DNA from: a virus
Taxonomy: Duplodnaviria > Caudoviricetes
IMG/VR virus record: IMGVR_UViG_3300037439_000053
Location: 1 to 36,148 of that record
Direction: 5' to 3' (one strand)
DNA: 36,148 nt
Position 1 is the first letter of the stretch, and each line of letters starts with the position of its first letter. Positions 22,874 through 32,631 of the stretch are shown piece by piece. The notes below the pieces were generated by a model. It worked only from the letters and a program-made list of their open reading frames with translations. It did no database searches and was not told the DNA's origin. Made by a program: the position numbers and the translations under genes.

Positions 22874-25624
22874 TCACAACGCGTACACGCCGGGCTTCGC
22901 CAAGTCTACTGGGGCATCCACAACCTGCGTCTTAGTCACTCCGTTGACCGCCCTCGTGACAGTCATCGCCTGCGGTGAATTCCGGTACACGCTGGTACCC
23001 AGTGCAGGCTGACCAGCACCCACCACGTCAGTGACTCGCAGCACCTCACCGCCGATCACGAGGTCGTACGGGGCGTCGGCGTCCGACCACACAGGCCCAG
23101 TCGGGGTGTCCACCACGATGACACCGTCGTCGATCACAGCCGGAGACGTGATCGTCCACACCAGACCGGCAGCATCCGTGAACCCCGTCGTACCCGCCGG
23201 CTGGTCGAACCGTGCGTCAGCGACGTACGTGCCACCGAACCCGTCACGCACCCGCACCGCAATCACGCGCCCAGCTAGCCGCGTCGTGGTGCCAGCGTCG
23301 ATCGACCCGACTATCAGCGCGGCAGTGCTGTTGAAGATCGACGTGACACCAGCGGTAGTGACCGGGGTACCGAGCTGGAGCCACGTGACGCCGTCGGGCG
23401 ACGTCCAGAACGTGACCGTGCGCCCGGCCGCACCGTTGTCCACGTCGAGCTGGGCACGCACCCACAGCGGCTCGCCGTTCACGACAGTGGGTGTCACTGT
23501 CGATGTCGCGGTAAGGGTCGCCGAACCGGTAGCAGACCACAGAAAGACCAGGTTCCCGGTCGAGTTCACGTTGAACTGCCACGAGCGCTGGTTGCCGGAT
23601 GCGGTGCTCTTCGAGGCGAGGCATTGAGAAGTCGCCGGGGTCCAGTCGTCGAGCAGGGCAAGCACCCTGACCTCGATGTCCCCGACGATGTCCAACCCAG
23701 CCGTGTCCGGTGTTGAGGCACGCCCCGGTGACACCCCGTTCAGGAGGAGACCGGAACCCGCGGCAAGTGTCGTACCGTTCGACGAGTACCGGGCCTCACC
23801 CGGACCCGACGCCGCATCCCACACACCCACGTTCCACGGTGATGCCGGGGTGCAGTTCGCGGTGATCTGCCAGTCGAACTGCCCAATGTCCTCACTGAAC
23901 CCCTGCGTGAGCTGCTGGATGTCACCCGGCGGCAACCACGACGGGGCATCCGTCACGACAACACGGTCACCGACGTCGAGGGCCATCGCATCAGCACGCA
24001 ACCCAGCATCCGACACCAAGGCCGAACCCGCGAGGTTCACACCCAGCACCGGGTAACGCGCCTCATCCACCGTCCCCATGTGCAGGCGCCACGACGCCTG
24101 ATACGGCAGGTCCTCATCACGCCACAACGACACCGTAGTCTCGTCGTCATACCGGCCGATACCATCCGGCGGAACCTGCACTGAGAGTGGCCCAGCCTCT
24201 AGCTGGGCACGGGCAGAAGAGCCGCCCACCCGACTCACCGTGATGTCGTTGCGGACAGCGTCATCATCATCGGTCGGCTGTATCTCGAACACTTCCCCAG
24301 ACGCATAGTCCAGGGTCAGGGTAGCGTCCTGCGCGTACATGTCCGCACGAGTCCGGTACGCCAACCCGAGGGACGCACGCGGCTCGTACAACACACCCAT
24401 GTCCGCGAACTCAGCCTCATGCAGCAGATCAAGGAACGTGTTCGGGAGCTGCGGACCAAGGGCCGCGGACAAGGCGGCGTCACCCGTGACCGTAACCGGC
24501 ACATCCGCTTCACCACACAGCCGGGAGATACGGTCCGCAGCCGTCTCACCTTCGTACGCACGCAACTCCAGCCCCGCGATCGCGTCATCCGGGCCGAGCG
24601 CGTTCTTCACGACGATGTGCCCAATCGCCGTCTCATCAAGCTGCGCACCAGCAACGTTCATACCGATGCGGGTCACACGCCCGAACGTGCGGTTCAGGAG
24701 CGTGCCCGTGCCCGCAGCGTCAGCAACGAGGTCCCCGGCCACCAGTGTCCACACCTGCCAGTCGATGTGCGCGCCGATCTGTTCAAGCTCGACCGCTACC
24801 CGGATGAGCCGGCCGTTCACGTTGAACACCGTGCCCGAGGAGAACAGCAACACCTCGTCCTGGTCATACGCACGCAGCACCAGCGATCCCGCAGGTGTCA
24901 GGCCAACGTCCCAGCGTGGTGCCGTACCCGTACCCCTGATGCGGCACACAGTCTCGGAGACGATCGTGCCACCCGCGGGGACGGCGAGGAGAAAGTTGAT
25001 CTGCGTCTCATCCGTGACCGTGTAGGCAGGCACACTGCCGATCCACCGCACACCCGACGCCTTCGCGATCGGCTCCGACCCCTTGAACGAGTCGAAAGAC
25101 GCCATCTCCACAGGGCCACGCGGGTACATCGGTGGCGCCTCCGGCAGACCAGAAGCGAACTCCGTCGCACCCTCCGAGTCCTCACACGGCCAATACGCCA
25201 CCACGGAATCCAGGGACGTCACACCCCGGTACATAGTCGACCGCAACGCGGGGGTGCCCTGCCCGAGACGCCGCTTCACACCAAACGCCTGCACCTGCAC
25301 ACGGGCACTGTTGCCGTTCGCTTCCTTGCCCCACGACTGCGGCCACCCACTGACCTCACCAACGAACCGGACCGACCCATCCACTGTGACCCGGACAGGT
25401 GTGTTCCGACCGATCAGCCCGTAGTACGGCGAGCTGGGGTTCCTCGAGGAGTACTTGCCGTCCTTGTTCTTCAACGTCATGGTGCACGACGACGGGTCCG
25501 TTGTTGCCGACTCATCCGGGCGGCCACGCTGAATACCGATGCCGTCCGACTGCAACACATCCGACGTGATGTCAGTCCACACACCATCGATCTGCAGCTC
25601 GACCAGAACAGTGAGCATGGTCAT
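22874..25624 (-). CDS. Large minor tail/hub protein with LamG-like insert
   Basis: WTDITSDV...RGR.DE...LKN.DG.YS..NP.SPYY, AYWPCED; follows the tape measure gene. Confidence 0.8.
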   Translation of the reverse strand: MTMLTVLVELQIDGVWTDITSDVLQSDGIGIQRGRPDESATTDPSSCTMTLKNKDGKYSSRNPSSPYYGLIGRNTPVRVTVDGSVRFVGEVSGWPQSWGKEANGNSARVQVQAFGVKRRLGQGTPALRSTMYRGVTSLDSVVAYWPCEDSEGATEFASGLPEAPPMYPRGPVEMASFDSFKGSEPIAKASGVRWIGSVPAYTVTDETQINFLLAVPAGGTIVSETVCRIRGTGTAPRWDVGLTPAGSLVLRAYDQDEVLLFSSGTVFNVNGRLIRVAVELEQIGAHIDWQVWTLVAGDLVADAAGTGTLLNRTFGRVTRIGMNVAGAQLDETAIGHIVVKNALGPDDAIAGLELRAYEGETAADRISRLCGEADVPVTVTGDAALSAALGPQLPNTFLDLLHEAEFADMGVLYEPRASLGLAYRTRADMYAQDATLTLDYASGEVFEIQPTDDDDAVRNDITVSRVGGSSARAQLEAGPLSVQVPPDGIGRYDDETTVSLWRDEDLPYQASWRLHMGTVDEARYPVLGVNLAGSALVSDAGLRADAMALDVGDRVVVTDAPSWLPPGDIQQLTQGFSEDIGQFDWQITANCTPASPWNVGVWDAASGPGEARYSSNGTTLAAGSGLLLNGVSPGRASTPDTAGLDIVGDIEVRVLALLDDWTPATSQCLASKSTASGNQRSWQFNVNSTGNLVFLWSATGSATLTATSTVTPTVVNGEPLWVRAQLDVDNGAAGRTVTFWTSPDGVTWLQLGTPVTTAGVTSIFNSTAALIVGSIDAGTTTRLAGRVIAVRVRDGFGGTYVADARFDQPAGTTGFTDAAGLVWTITSPAVIDDGVIVVDTPTGPVWSDADAPYDLVIGGEVLRVTDVVGAGQPALGTSVYRNSPQAMTVTRAVNGVTKTQVVDAPVDLAKPGVYAL

Positions 25625-28446
25625 CGAAGCCGCCCACCACTGAGCACGATGGTCGGGTTGCCGCCGCCCTTACGCACCTCAGCACGGATCAGCCGCAACA
25701 CCTCACGCCCCATCGCCCCATCCAGGTTCACAGTGACAACATTCTGCTGTGCTGCGCCACGGTTAAGCGGAATCACAGCCTCATCCCGACCACCCTCACC
25801 GATGATCGCGTGCGTACCACCCGGACGAGCCCGCACCACACCACCATTAGCGAGCTTGATTGGCTTGATCGGGTTGTCGCCAACGAACGGGATCCCGTTC
25901 GGGATCTTGTCGTTGATGAACTTCGCCACGTTCGCTGACACCGCGACAACGATCTTCCGGAGGAACGTCGAGATCCACGACCCGGACGACATCATCTCCT
26001 GAATCTGGCCCGGCAGCTTCTTCATCGCATTGACGAACGACGTGATGTTGTCCCACCAAGAACCACCACCACCGCCCTTGCCCGCCTGCCCAAGGTGGTA
26101 CTCCTGCGGGAACCCGCGTGTCGGCATAGCACCCGAACCGAGGATCACACCACGCCCACCACGCGACTCAACACCCAAGCCGGCGAGGTTGCCCGCCATG
26201 TGCCCGATCCCTGATCCGCCGTAGTTCGGGGTAGAACCGATGGTGAACTGGCCCGGGCCCTTCTTGAACCCGGGCCACGGGAAGTCAGCCGTAGCACCCC
26301 TGCGCCGGTACGCTGGCTGCCCCTGGATCACGTTCGTCAGTGCCGACATGAATCCCGAGCAGTCGTACGAGCTCGGGCCCACAGCGCCCCACCCGTACGG
26401 CTTGCCCGACTGCTGCCGCGCGAACGACTGGGCACGCGCAATCGCCTCGGACGACAGCGCACCACCACCCGCGAACTCCAGACGACCCTCAAGGGCGGCC
26501 TTCCGCATCCCGTACATGGCGGTCTGCCCACCGACCTTGCGGACCTCCTTCGCCGTCCACACATGCTCACCGGGCATGTACATCGCAGGCACCGAGTCCT
26601 TGCCCCTGACACCGCCAGAGACCGCGCCACCCTTCGCGAACTTGATCGGCTTCACCTCGGGCAGGTCAACCCCGGGGATCGCGTTTAGCACCGTGCGGAG
26701 ACCCTTGTTCCATACCCACTTGATGAGGAAGTTAACGGGCTTCGCAGCTTTCGCCTTCAGACCGTCCCAGATCTTACCGATGCCATCCTTCGCAGTCCGA
26801 AACGCGTTCTTCATGATCGTCAGCGCGGAACGGATTCGCTCAAACACGTTCTTCCGGATCCATGAACCGATATCGCCCAGACGGTCCCGCATGCTCCCGA
26901 AGATTCCGGCGATCCTGTCCTTCGCAGACCGGAACTTGTCCCGCATGTTCGACAGGCCGCGGCCGATCCGCTCGAACACATTGGCCTTGATCCACTTCCA
27001 GACCCTGCCCAGCGCGGCACCGACAGACGACCAAATGCCCTTCACCTTGGCGCCTACCGTCTTGAAGATCAGCGCCCAGACACGCAGCCCGAGCACGAAC
27101 CGGTCAATGACCTGCTTCTTGATCCACCGCCATGTCGAACCGAGTGCGTCCCCCATACCCTTCCATGCACGCTTCGCGACCCGGCCCACCATCCGGAACC
27201 AATCGCCCATGGCCTTCAGTGCACCCTTAACCGCAGGCCATGCCGTCTTGGTCCACCAGTCCGACACGCCCTTGATCGCGGACTTGATCGCACCCCACAC
27301 ATTCTTGACGATCTTCTGTCCGGTCTTCGTCTTCGTGAAGAAGAACACCAAGCCGGCGACGAGAGCGGCAACGGCGACGATCACGATACCGATCGGGTTC
27401 GCGGCCATCACAAAGTTCAGTGCTGCTTGCACCGCAGCCCAGACCTTCATCGCAGCGACCACGGCGCCGATGATCCCCACCGCGGTACCGAGCACGACGA
27501 CGAGCGTCTTCGTAAAGTCCGCGTTCTTCCCCAGCCACCCAGCTACCCCACCGAGAAATCCCGCGAACGACTTCAACGGAGGCAGGACATTGTCCTTCAA
27601 CCACATCCCGAACTTCTTCAGATGCGCCGCACCGTCGTTCGACAGCCAGTCACCGAACCGGGACAGTGCGGGCATGACCTTCTGGTTCACCCACGTCATC
27701 AGCGTCTGCAACATCGGCAGGATGAACGACAGTGTCCCCTCCGCGATGTTGCCCCACGTGTTCTTGATCTTCGCGAACATGCCCTCGGTGGTCTGGCCAG
27801 CTGCCTTCGCTGCACCACCGAACTCGCCCTTCAATTCCTTGAGAATGACGCCCTGCGCGCCGGCAATGTTGCCGGCTTCCTGCATGGTCTTGATCTGCTT
27901 CTTCTGCTTGTCGCTGAACGACACACCGACCTTCGACAGGGCCGTGATGCCCTTGATCGGGTCGTTCAGCGCCTTACCCATCTGGATACTGGTCTTCGAC
28001 AGGTCGAGGCCCTCAAGGGAACCCTTGTTCATCGCGACACCCATATCGAGCATTGCCCGCGTCGCACCGTCGAACTGCTTACCCTTGATGTTCTTGAACG
28101 TGAGGAGCATGTTCTGCCCCTCAGTCACCGTCTCAGCCTCCGCACCAGACATCTTCTCCAGACGCCCAGCGAGCTTGTCCACCTGAGAACGAGTACGCCC
28201 AGCCGCACCACCAGTCGCCTTGATGACAGCCTCAGTCTGCGCACCAAGACGCTCAACCCGGATCAGATCCTTCGTCGTTGCCACGGCGACAGCACCAACC
28301 GCACCCGCTACCGCCGCGACACCGATCGCGAGACCCTTGCCCAGTTTCGACACACCACCAAGAGACTTCGACACCCGGACAGTCGACTTCGACAAGTCCC
28401 GGGTGTCGCCGACGAATCTGACGACCAGCGCTCCCCTGGAAGCCAT
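25621..28446 (-). CDS. Tape measure protein with NlpC/P60-like domain
   Basis: 941 aa, Ala/Gly/Lys-rich with W/F-spaced repeats; GKPYGWGAVGPSSYDCSG...GHM. Confidence 0.92.
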   Translation of the reverse strand: MASRGALVVRFVGDTRDLSKSTVRVSKSLGGVSKLGKGLAIGVAAVAGAVGAVAVATTKDLIRVERLGAQTEAVIKATGGAAGRTRSQVDKLAGRLEKMSGAEAETVTEGQNMLLTFKNIKGKQFDGATRAMLDMGVAMNKGSLEGLDLSKTSIQMGKALNDPIKGITALSKVGVSFSDKQKKQIKTMQEAGNIAGAQGVILKELKGEFGGAAKAAGQTTEGMFAKIKNTWGNIAEGTLSFILPMLQTLMTWVNQKVMPALSRFGDWLSNDGAAHLKKFGMWLKDNVLPPLKSFAGFLGGVAGWLGKNADFTKTLVVVLGTAVGIIGAVVAAMKVWAAVQAALNFVMAANPIGIVIVAVAALVAGLVFFFTKTKTGQKIVKNVWGAIKSAIKGVSDWWTKTAWPAVKGALKAMGDWFRMVGRVAKRAWKGMGDALGSTWRWIKKQVIDRFVLGLRVWALIFKTVGAKVKGIWSSVGAALGRVWKWIKANVFERIGRGLSNMRDKFRSAKDRIAGIFGSMRDRLGDIGSWIRKNVFERIRSALTIMKNAFRTAKDGIGKIWDGLKAKAAKPVNFLIKWVWNKGLRTVLNAIPGVDLPEVKPIKFAKGGAVSGGVRGKDSVPAMYMPGEHVWTAKEVRKVGGQTAMYGMRKAALEGRLEFAGGGALSSEAIARAQSFARQQSGKPYGWGAVGPSSYDCSGFMSALTNVIQGQPAYRRRGATADFPWPGFKKGPGQFTIGSTPNYGGSGIGHMAGNLAGLGVESRGGRGVILGSGAMPTRGFPQEYHLGQAGKGGGGGSWWDNITSFVNAMKKLPGQIQEMMSSGSWISTFLRKIVVAVSANVAKFINDKIPNGIPFVGDNPIKPIKLANGGVVRARPGGTHAIIGEGGRDEAVIPLNRGAAQQNVVTVNLDGAMGREVLRLIRAEVRKGGGNPTIVLSGGRLR

Positions 28447-28450
28447 CAGA

Positions 28451-28612
28451 TCATCCCTTCTCCTGCTGCTTGTTGTACCGCTCCACGTACCGGCTCAAAG
28501 CGTTGTAATCATCCAGGTCCAGATCCCAGAACTGATCCGGCGTCATCCGCCAGAAGTGACAGAAGTAGGCCATCTCGTCGCGATCCTCATCGACTAGGCC
28601 GGCGTAGGGTCC
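28451..28612 (-). CDS. Tail assembly chaperone, -1 frame extension (gpT-like part)
   Basis: Open -1 frame PYAGLVDEDRDEMAYFCHFWRMTPDQFWDLDLDDYNAL... ending just before the TMP start. Confidence 0.65.
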   Translation of the reverse strand, partial: GPYAGLVDEDRDEMAYFCHFWRMTPDQFWDLDLDDYNALSRYVERYNKQQEKG

Positions 28613-28854
28613 GACTCCTCGTCCTCCGCCTCACCCTCATCGTCCTGGGGGATGTCCTCGTCGAGCCACTGCCCGAACGTCAGGGACGTCTCACCGGAAC
28701 GCTTCTCCGTCAGGAACTGCGTACCCAGACCCAGCGCCATCTCATCGGACGGGTCGAGCTTCTGCCGACGCAGCAGCGCCGACACCTCCAGGAGGTCCCG
28801 GCGCTTCATACGCGGCGCCGGGATGGGCTCTACGGGCTTCTTCGGTGTGCTCAT
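28594..28854 (-). CDS. Tail assembly chaperone (gpG-like)
   Basis: Position upstream of TMP; acidic C-terminus ending ...SDPTPA. Confidence 0.7.
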   Translation of the reverse strand: MSTPKKPVEPIPAPRMKRRDLLEVSALLRRQKLDPSDEMALGLGTQFLTEKRSGETSLTFGQWLDEDIPQDDEGEAEDEESDPTPA

Positions 28855-28855
28855 T

Positions 28856-29278
28856 TCAGTTTCTCTCCGTTTCGATTCCTGCCTTGCGTGCGATGTCCAG
28901 TAGGGCATCGAGGTAATCCTTCTCGATCTGCGGCATGTCCTGCTCCGCAGACCGGCGAATGTACGGCCGCTTCACACCATCACGTGGTGTCGGGCGCTTA
29001 CCCCACGACTGCACATGCTTCGTACGGCCAGAGTGCCCAGCCATGATCCTCAGCACGTTCGTCGTAGCGGACGCCTTCGGCTTCGAGCCTGTACCAGCAC
29101 CCACCGCCTCAGGCTTCGGGAACGCCTTGTCAATGATGCGCTGACCGATGGCCTTGTTCCGCTGACCCAGCTCCTTACGCAGAGCCGGGTCAATGTTCCC
29201 GATCGCGCGGACCAACTCCCGGACGCCCTCAATCTGCACGGCGTCCGAGTTGCCACCCCCACGAGCGGGCTTGACCAT
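28856..29278 (-). CDS. HK97 gp10-like neck/tail component
   Basis: VQIEGVREL.R.......L.KEL...RPYI pattern. Confidence 0.6.
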   Translation of the reverse strand: MVKPARGGGNSDAVQIEGVRELVRAIGNIDPALRKELGQRNKAIGQRIIDKAFPKPEAVGAGTGSKPKASATTNVLRIMAGHSGRTKHVQSWGKRPTPRDGVKRPYIRRSAEQDMPQIEKDYLDALLDIARKAGIETERN

Positions 29279-29697
29279 CAGGCGATGGCGCGGACCAGGC
29301 CCGTGGCGGACGCGTTCCGGATGGAAACGTCCGTGGTCGCAGCCGAACCGATGTCCCCCGCGAGCGGGTTGTACGCCAGCAGCACACCCGTCATCGTGTA
29401 CTCCGGGTTCGTCGCACCGACGACCGCGGACGTGGGACGCACGACGACCTCGAACGGCTCACCCGACTGGGAGAGCGGCCAGAGAGTGGCGTCCACGCTG
29501 AGCGCGGCGAAGTCCTGGAACACGGACCCGGTGATCGTCGCGTCACCGAGACCCTGCAGGATCTCCTTGTAGATCGACCCGAACCCGGTCACGTCGACCT
29601 CGTCGAACGTGGTCTCGATGGTGACGGACGAGAAGTGGTCAGACAGATCCACCGCGTCGATCGAGATGAAACAATCCTTCAAGACAATCTTGGCCAT
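29278..29697 (-). CDS. Major tail protein
   Basis: DLSDH..SVT......VDVTGFG......GL.D......QDFA...VVRP......TNPEYT. Confidence 0.82.
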   Translation of the reverse strand: MAKIVLKDCFISIDAVDLSDHFSSVTIETTFDEVDVTGFGSIYKEILQGLGDATITGSVFQDFAALSVDATLWPLSQSGEPFEVVVRPTSAVVGATNPEYTMTGVLLAYNPLAGDIGSAATTDVSIRNASATGLVRAIA

Positions 29698-29702
29698 GGT
29701 TC

Positions 29703-29918
29703 CTACTCCTCGGACTTCTCAGACGTTCCCGTGTCCGGGCCGTCCTCGGTGGATGCCACGCCAGACTGACGTGACGACGCCAGGGCTACCTGCCCACGCG
29801 CCAGCAGACGAACAGTCTGCGGGTCAGACGGGTCCAGCTCGACGGGCTCCCCGGGCTTGACCTCACGGACACGATGCGTGCCCTGAACGGTGTACTTCTT
29901 CGACTTGCCCATGTTCAC
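29703..29918 (-). CDS. Small structural hypothetical protein
   Basis: Coupled ORF within the tail operon. Confidence 0.6.
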   Translation of the reverse strand: MNMGKSKKYTVQGTHRVREVKPGEPVELDPSDPQTVRLLARGQVALASSRQSGVASTEDGPDTGTSEKSEE

Positions 29919-30334
29919 GCCTTCCCTGGTGACATCACGGACACCAGAAGAACGGCACCCAGGTAAAGGATACCGTTGATGTCATGCGGACCGTATTCCT
30001 GCGTACCGGTAACACGGAGATCTTCAACGACACCACCCAGAGTGGAATCCGATTCGATAGCCGCCTTCAACGACGAAGTGCCGTACGGGTCGAGGTAAGC
30101 GTCGAGGTTCTCCTGCGCTTCCTCATCCGACACACGCGACGCGAAGATCATGATCGGGAACGTCATGTCATCGTGACCACGCCCGAAAGTCTTGTCGTAC
30201 TCGATCGGATCAGGCCCACCGACCATAGCGACAGGGACATCAGCGATGTCGCGCACGTACGCCTCCGTGCTCAGCCCGTCCATCGTCATCGCCGCAGCGA
30301 GCGCCTCCCGGATCATCGCGATCTTGCCCATCAC
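29915..30334 (-). CDS. Tail terminator / tail completion protein
   Basis: IR.ALA...AQ..LD.Y....G..S.KAAIE.D.TLGG motif; position. Confidence 0.7.
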   Translation of the reverse strand: MMGKIAMIREALAAAMTMDGLSTEAYVRDIADVPVAMVGGPDPIEYDKTFGRGHDDMTFPIMIFASRVSDEEAQENLDAYLDPYGTSSLKAAIESDSTLGGVVEDLRVTGTQEYGPHDINGILYLGAVLLVSVMSPGKA

Positions 30335-30945
30335 ACGACCTCGAGCACAGTGTCGAGGACGTACGGGGCGAGCTTCCGCATGATCATGGGGTTCTCACGT
30401 ACACGAACCACACCGTAGCTATCGTTGCCGGCGATACCGAACGGCGCATCCTTCGACTTGTACAGCTCGGTCGCGAGGATCAGCGTCGCCTGCTTCACCG
30501 GCAGCGGCACGGCAGCCCAACCCCAGTTCGCCGTGACCTCCACAGTGGCCCGCTGAGCGCACCGCGGAAACCAGTTGGCACCCACGGCCCACACCTGTGA
30601 GTACGGCCACCCAGGCTGTCCACCAACGATCCCGTTGAGGGGTCGCAGCTCGTAGTCCGTCGCGGTCCAGGTGGTGTCGTAGGTGCCGTCGTCGTCACCG
30701 TCGATCTTCACGATGAGACCAACCTGTGTGTGGAAGTCGTCGACCTCGACCAGCCCGGTACTGGTTGGGTGGTACACGCGCGCGCTGACGGTACCGGCGT
30801 TGTTGAACTGCCGGTGAGTCACGAGTTCGACACCACGCGACGCCGCTGTCAGGGCATCCTCCAGGAGGCCGTCATACGTGTCCTTCGTCGCGTTCGCATA
30901 CACCTTGAGTTCAGGCAGCGTCGCGTACGTGTCACCCAGGGCCAT
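30331..30945 (-). CDS. Head-to-tail adaptor
   Basis: YATL.ELK, ASR.VE....RQF, VTA.WGW.AVP..VKQAT. Confidence 0.8.
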   Translation of the reverse strand: MALGDTYATLPELKVYANATKDTYDGLLEDALTAASRGVELVTHRQFNNAGTVSARVYHPTSTGLVEVDDFHTQVGLIVKIDGDDDGTYDTTWTATDYELRPLNGIVGGQPGWPYSQVWAVGANWFPRCAQRATVEVTANWGWAAVPLPVKQATLILATELYKSKDAPFGIAGNDSYGVVRVRENPMIMRKLAPYVLDTVLEVV

Positions 30946-30947
30946 GG

Positions 30948-31217
30948 TTAGCCCTGCTGCTTGCGGGGCCGCCCAGGACCACGCTTCACGGGCGCGTCCT
31001 TGCGGGTCTCGGCGTCGTCCGTGTTCGCGGGGCGGGTCTCGACCTTGGGCGACTCGTCGGCCTTCTCCTCAGCCTCAGCCTTGGTAAGAGCCTTCGCATC
31101 CCCGGACTCGATCATGCCCTTCGCGACAGCGTCGGGAAGGTCGATGACTCCACCAGCCTCGGGCCATTCGCGGCCGTTCAGGAGACCGGACGGACGGACC
31201 TTGATTCGTACCTTCAT
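30948..31217 (-). CDS. Small head-associated protein
   Basis: MKVRIKV...NGREWP..G..IDLPD..A..MI..G; follows the capsid gene. Confidence 0.65.
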   Translation of the reverse strand: MKVRIKVRPSGLLNGREWPEAGGVIDLPDAVAKGMIESGDAKALTKAEAEEKADESPKVETRPANTDDAETRKDAPVKRGPGRPRKQQG

Positions 31218-31234
31218 GACTCTCCCTTCGGGGT

Positions 31235-31266
31235 GTTGCGGCCCCACCCAGTGGCAGGGCCGCAAC
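31235..31266 (-). terminator. Hairpin after the major capsid gene
   Basis: GTTGCGGCCC...GGGCCGCAAC stem. Confidence 0.55.
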
Positions 31267-31275
31267 GAACAGGAC

Positions 31276-32511
31276 TCAGGTAGCCGAGTGGGCGAAGTAC
31301 TTCACGGCGTTCGGGTCGAGTGCGACCGCACCGGTACGCACCAGCGCACGGAACGCGATCTGGTCGTTCCCGAAGTGGTACTCGTTCGACCGCTCGAACC
31401 GCAGACCACCAGCGATACGGACCTTCAGCGCCGACCAGTCACCGAAGAAGATCGACTTCGCGTCCGCGGCCGGCGACGCCAGGTTCGAATCGATGTAAAC
31501 CGGCTTGCCCAGGATCAGGTCCGGGTCACCAGCGACGAGAGCCGACTGCCACACGGGCTCACCCGTGGACGTCTTCAGCTTACGGACGATCGCCGCGGTC
31601 GTGTCCGCCATGACCCACGCGGCACCTGACCGGTACTCCGGCAGGATCGAGTGGAACAGGTCCACCAGGAGGTCGGAACCTTCGCCCACGGTGGACTGGT
31701 CACCGAGCGTGGTCGAGGTACCCGTAGGCCCGGTAACACCAGCCGTGGTGAATCCCGCGACTGCCGCAGCAGCAGCGACCTCCGCGATACGACGGCCCAG
31801 GGCACGACCCGCGTTCCGCGCAATGTACCCTTCGAGGTCGAAGTTGGTGTCCTGCACGAGCTCGGTCGGAACGTCGGTCAGGAACCCGTACTTCGCGACC
31901 GTGAGGTTCACGGTACCGATCGTCGAGTCAGACTCGGAGATCGCGCCGTGCGCGGCCACCGGCGTACCGCTAGTCTCCGCGTGCGCGGTGACACGCGGCA
32001 TGGGCAGCGTGTTGCCGTCCGTGGTGTTGATGACGTCCACGCCAGCCTGCAGGAGCTGCATCGTCGACACGGCGTACTCCCAGAGCTGCGAGTACACGCT
32101 GTTGACGCCGGTACCACCCGTGGCGGACATGTCACGAGACTCGATGCCACGGTTGCGGATCGCTCGCTGAGCGACCCCGCGCTCGTCAGCGAGGTCGTAG
32201 CCGTCGCCGACTCGGGCCGAACGCGCCCACGACTCGAACTCCGAGACCTTCGGCTGGCTGCCACGACGCTCCGGCTCGTGACCGGTACGCGACCGGAACG
32301 AGTCCTCAAGCTCAGTGGCACGCTGCTCGCCCTCGTGGATCGCTGTAGCGCGCTGCGACAGCGCCTCCGCCTCAGCGATCATCTTGTCGAACGAAGACTG
32401 CTCCTCGCCCGTCAGGTCACGGCCCTCAGCGACGCCCTGCTGGGCGACCTCAGTAGCCTTCGTGATGAGAGCGGCACGCCGCTCCATGAGCTGGTCTGCG
32501 ATGCTGGTCAT
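31276..32511 (-). CDS. HK97-family major capsid protein
   Basis: N-terminal coiled-coil delta domain; ELVQD..FDLE.YI, A.WVM, LK...G...W, ILGKPV, FGDW. Confidence 0.95.
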   Translation of the reverse strand: MTSIADQLMERRAALITKATEVAQQGVAEGRDLTGEEQSSFDKMIAEAEALSQRATAIHEGEQRATELEDSFRSRTGHEPERRGSQPKVSEFESWARSARVGDGYDLADERGVAQRAIRNRGIESRDMSATGGTGVNSVYSQLWEYAVSTMQLLQAGVDVINTTDGNTLPMPRVTAHAETSGTPVAAHGAISESDSTIGTVNLTVAKYGFLTDVPTELVQDTNFDLEGYIARNAGRALGRRIAEVAAAAAVAGFTTAGVTGPTGTSTTLGDQSTVGEGSDLLVDLFHSILPEYRSGAAWVMADTTAAIVRKLKTSTGEPVWQSALVAGDPDLILGKPVYIDSNLASPAADAKSIFFGDWSALKVRIAGGLRFERSNEYHFGNDQIAFRALVRTGAVALDPNAVKYFAHSAT

Positions 32512-32631
32512 GACATTCCCCTTTCCGGGAACTCGACAGGTACCTCATATCGGTTCCGGTGGGTGGCGCCCTGCCGGCTTGCATCAAATACTACAGGGTG
32601 GAGGTCATCCTGCCCTTCACAACATGGCATA

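Noticed and set aside
24419-29046. Long plus-strand ORFs (24419-26002, 26240-28186, 27427-29046; likewise 31651-32943)
   Set aside because: Antisense shadows of well-supported minus-strand genes in high-GC DNA; no recognisable motifs
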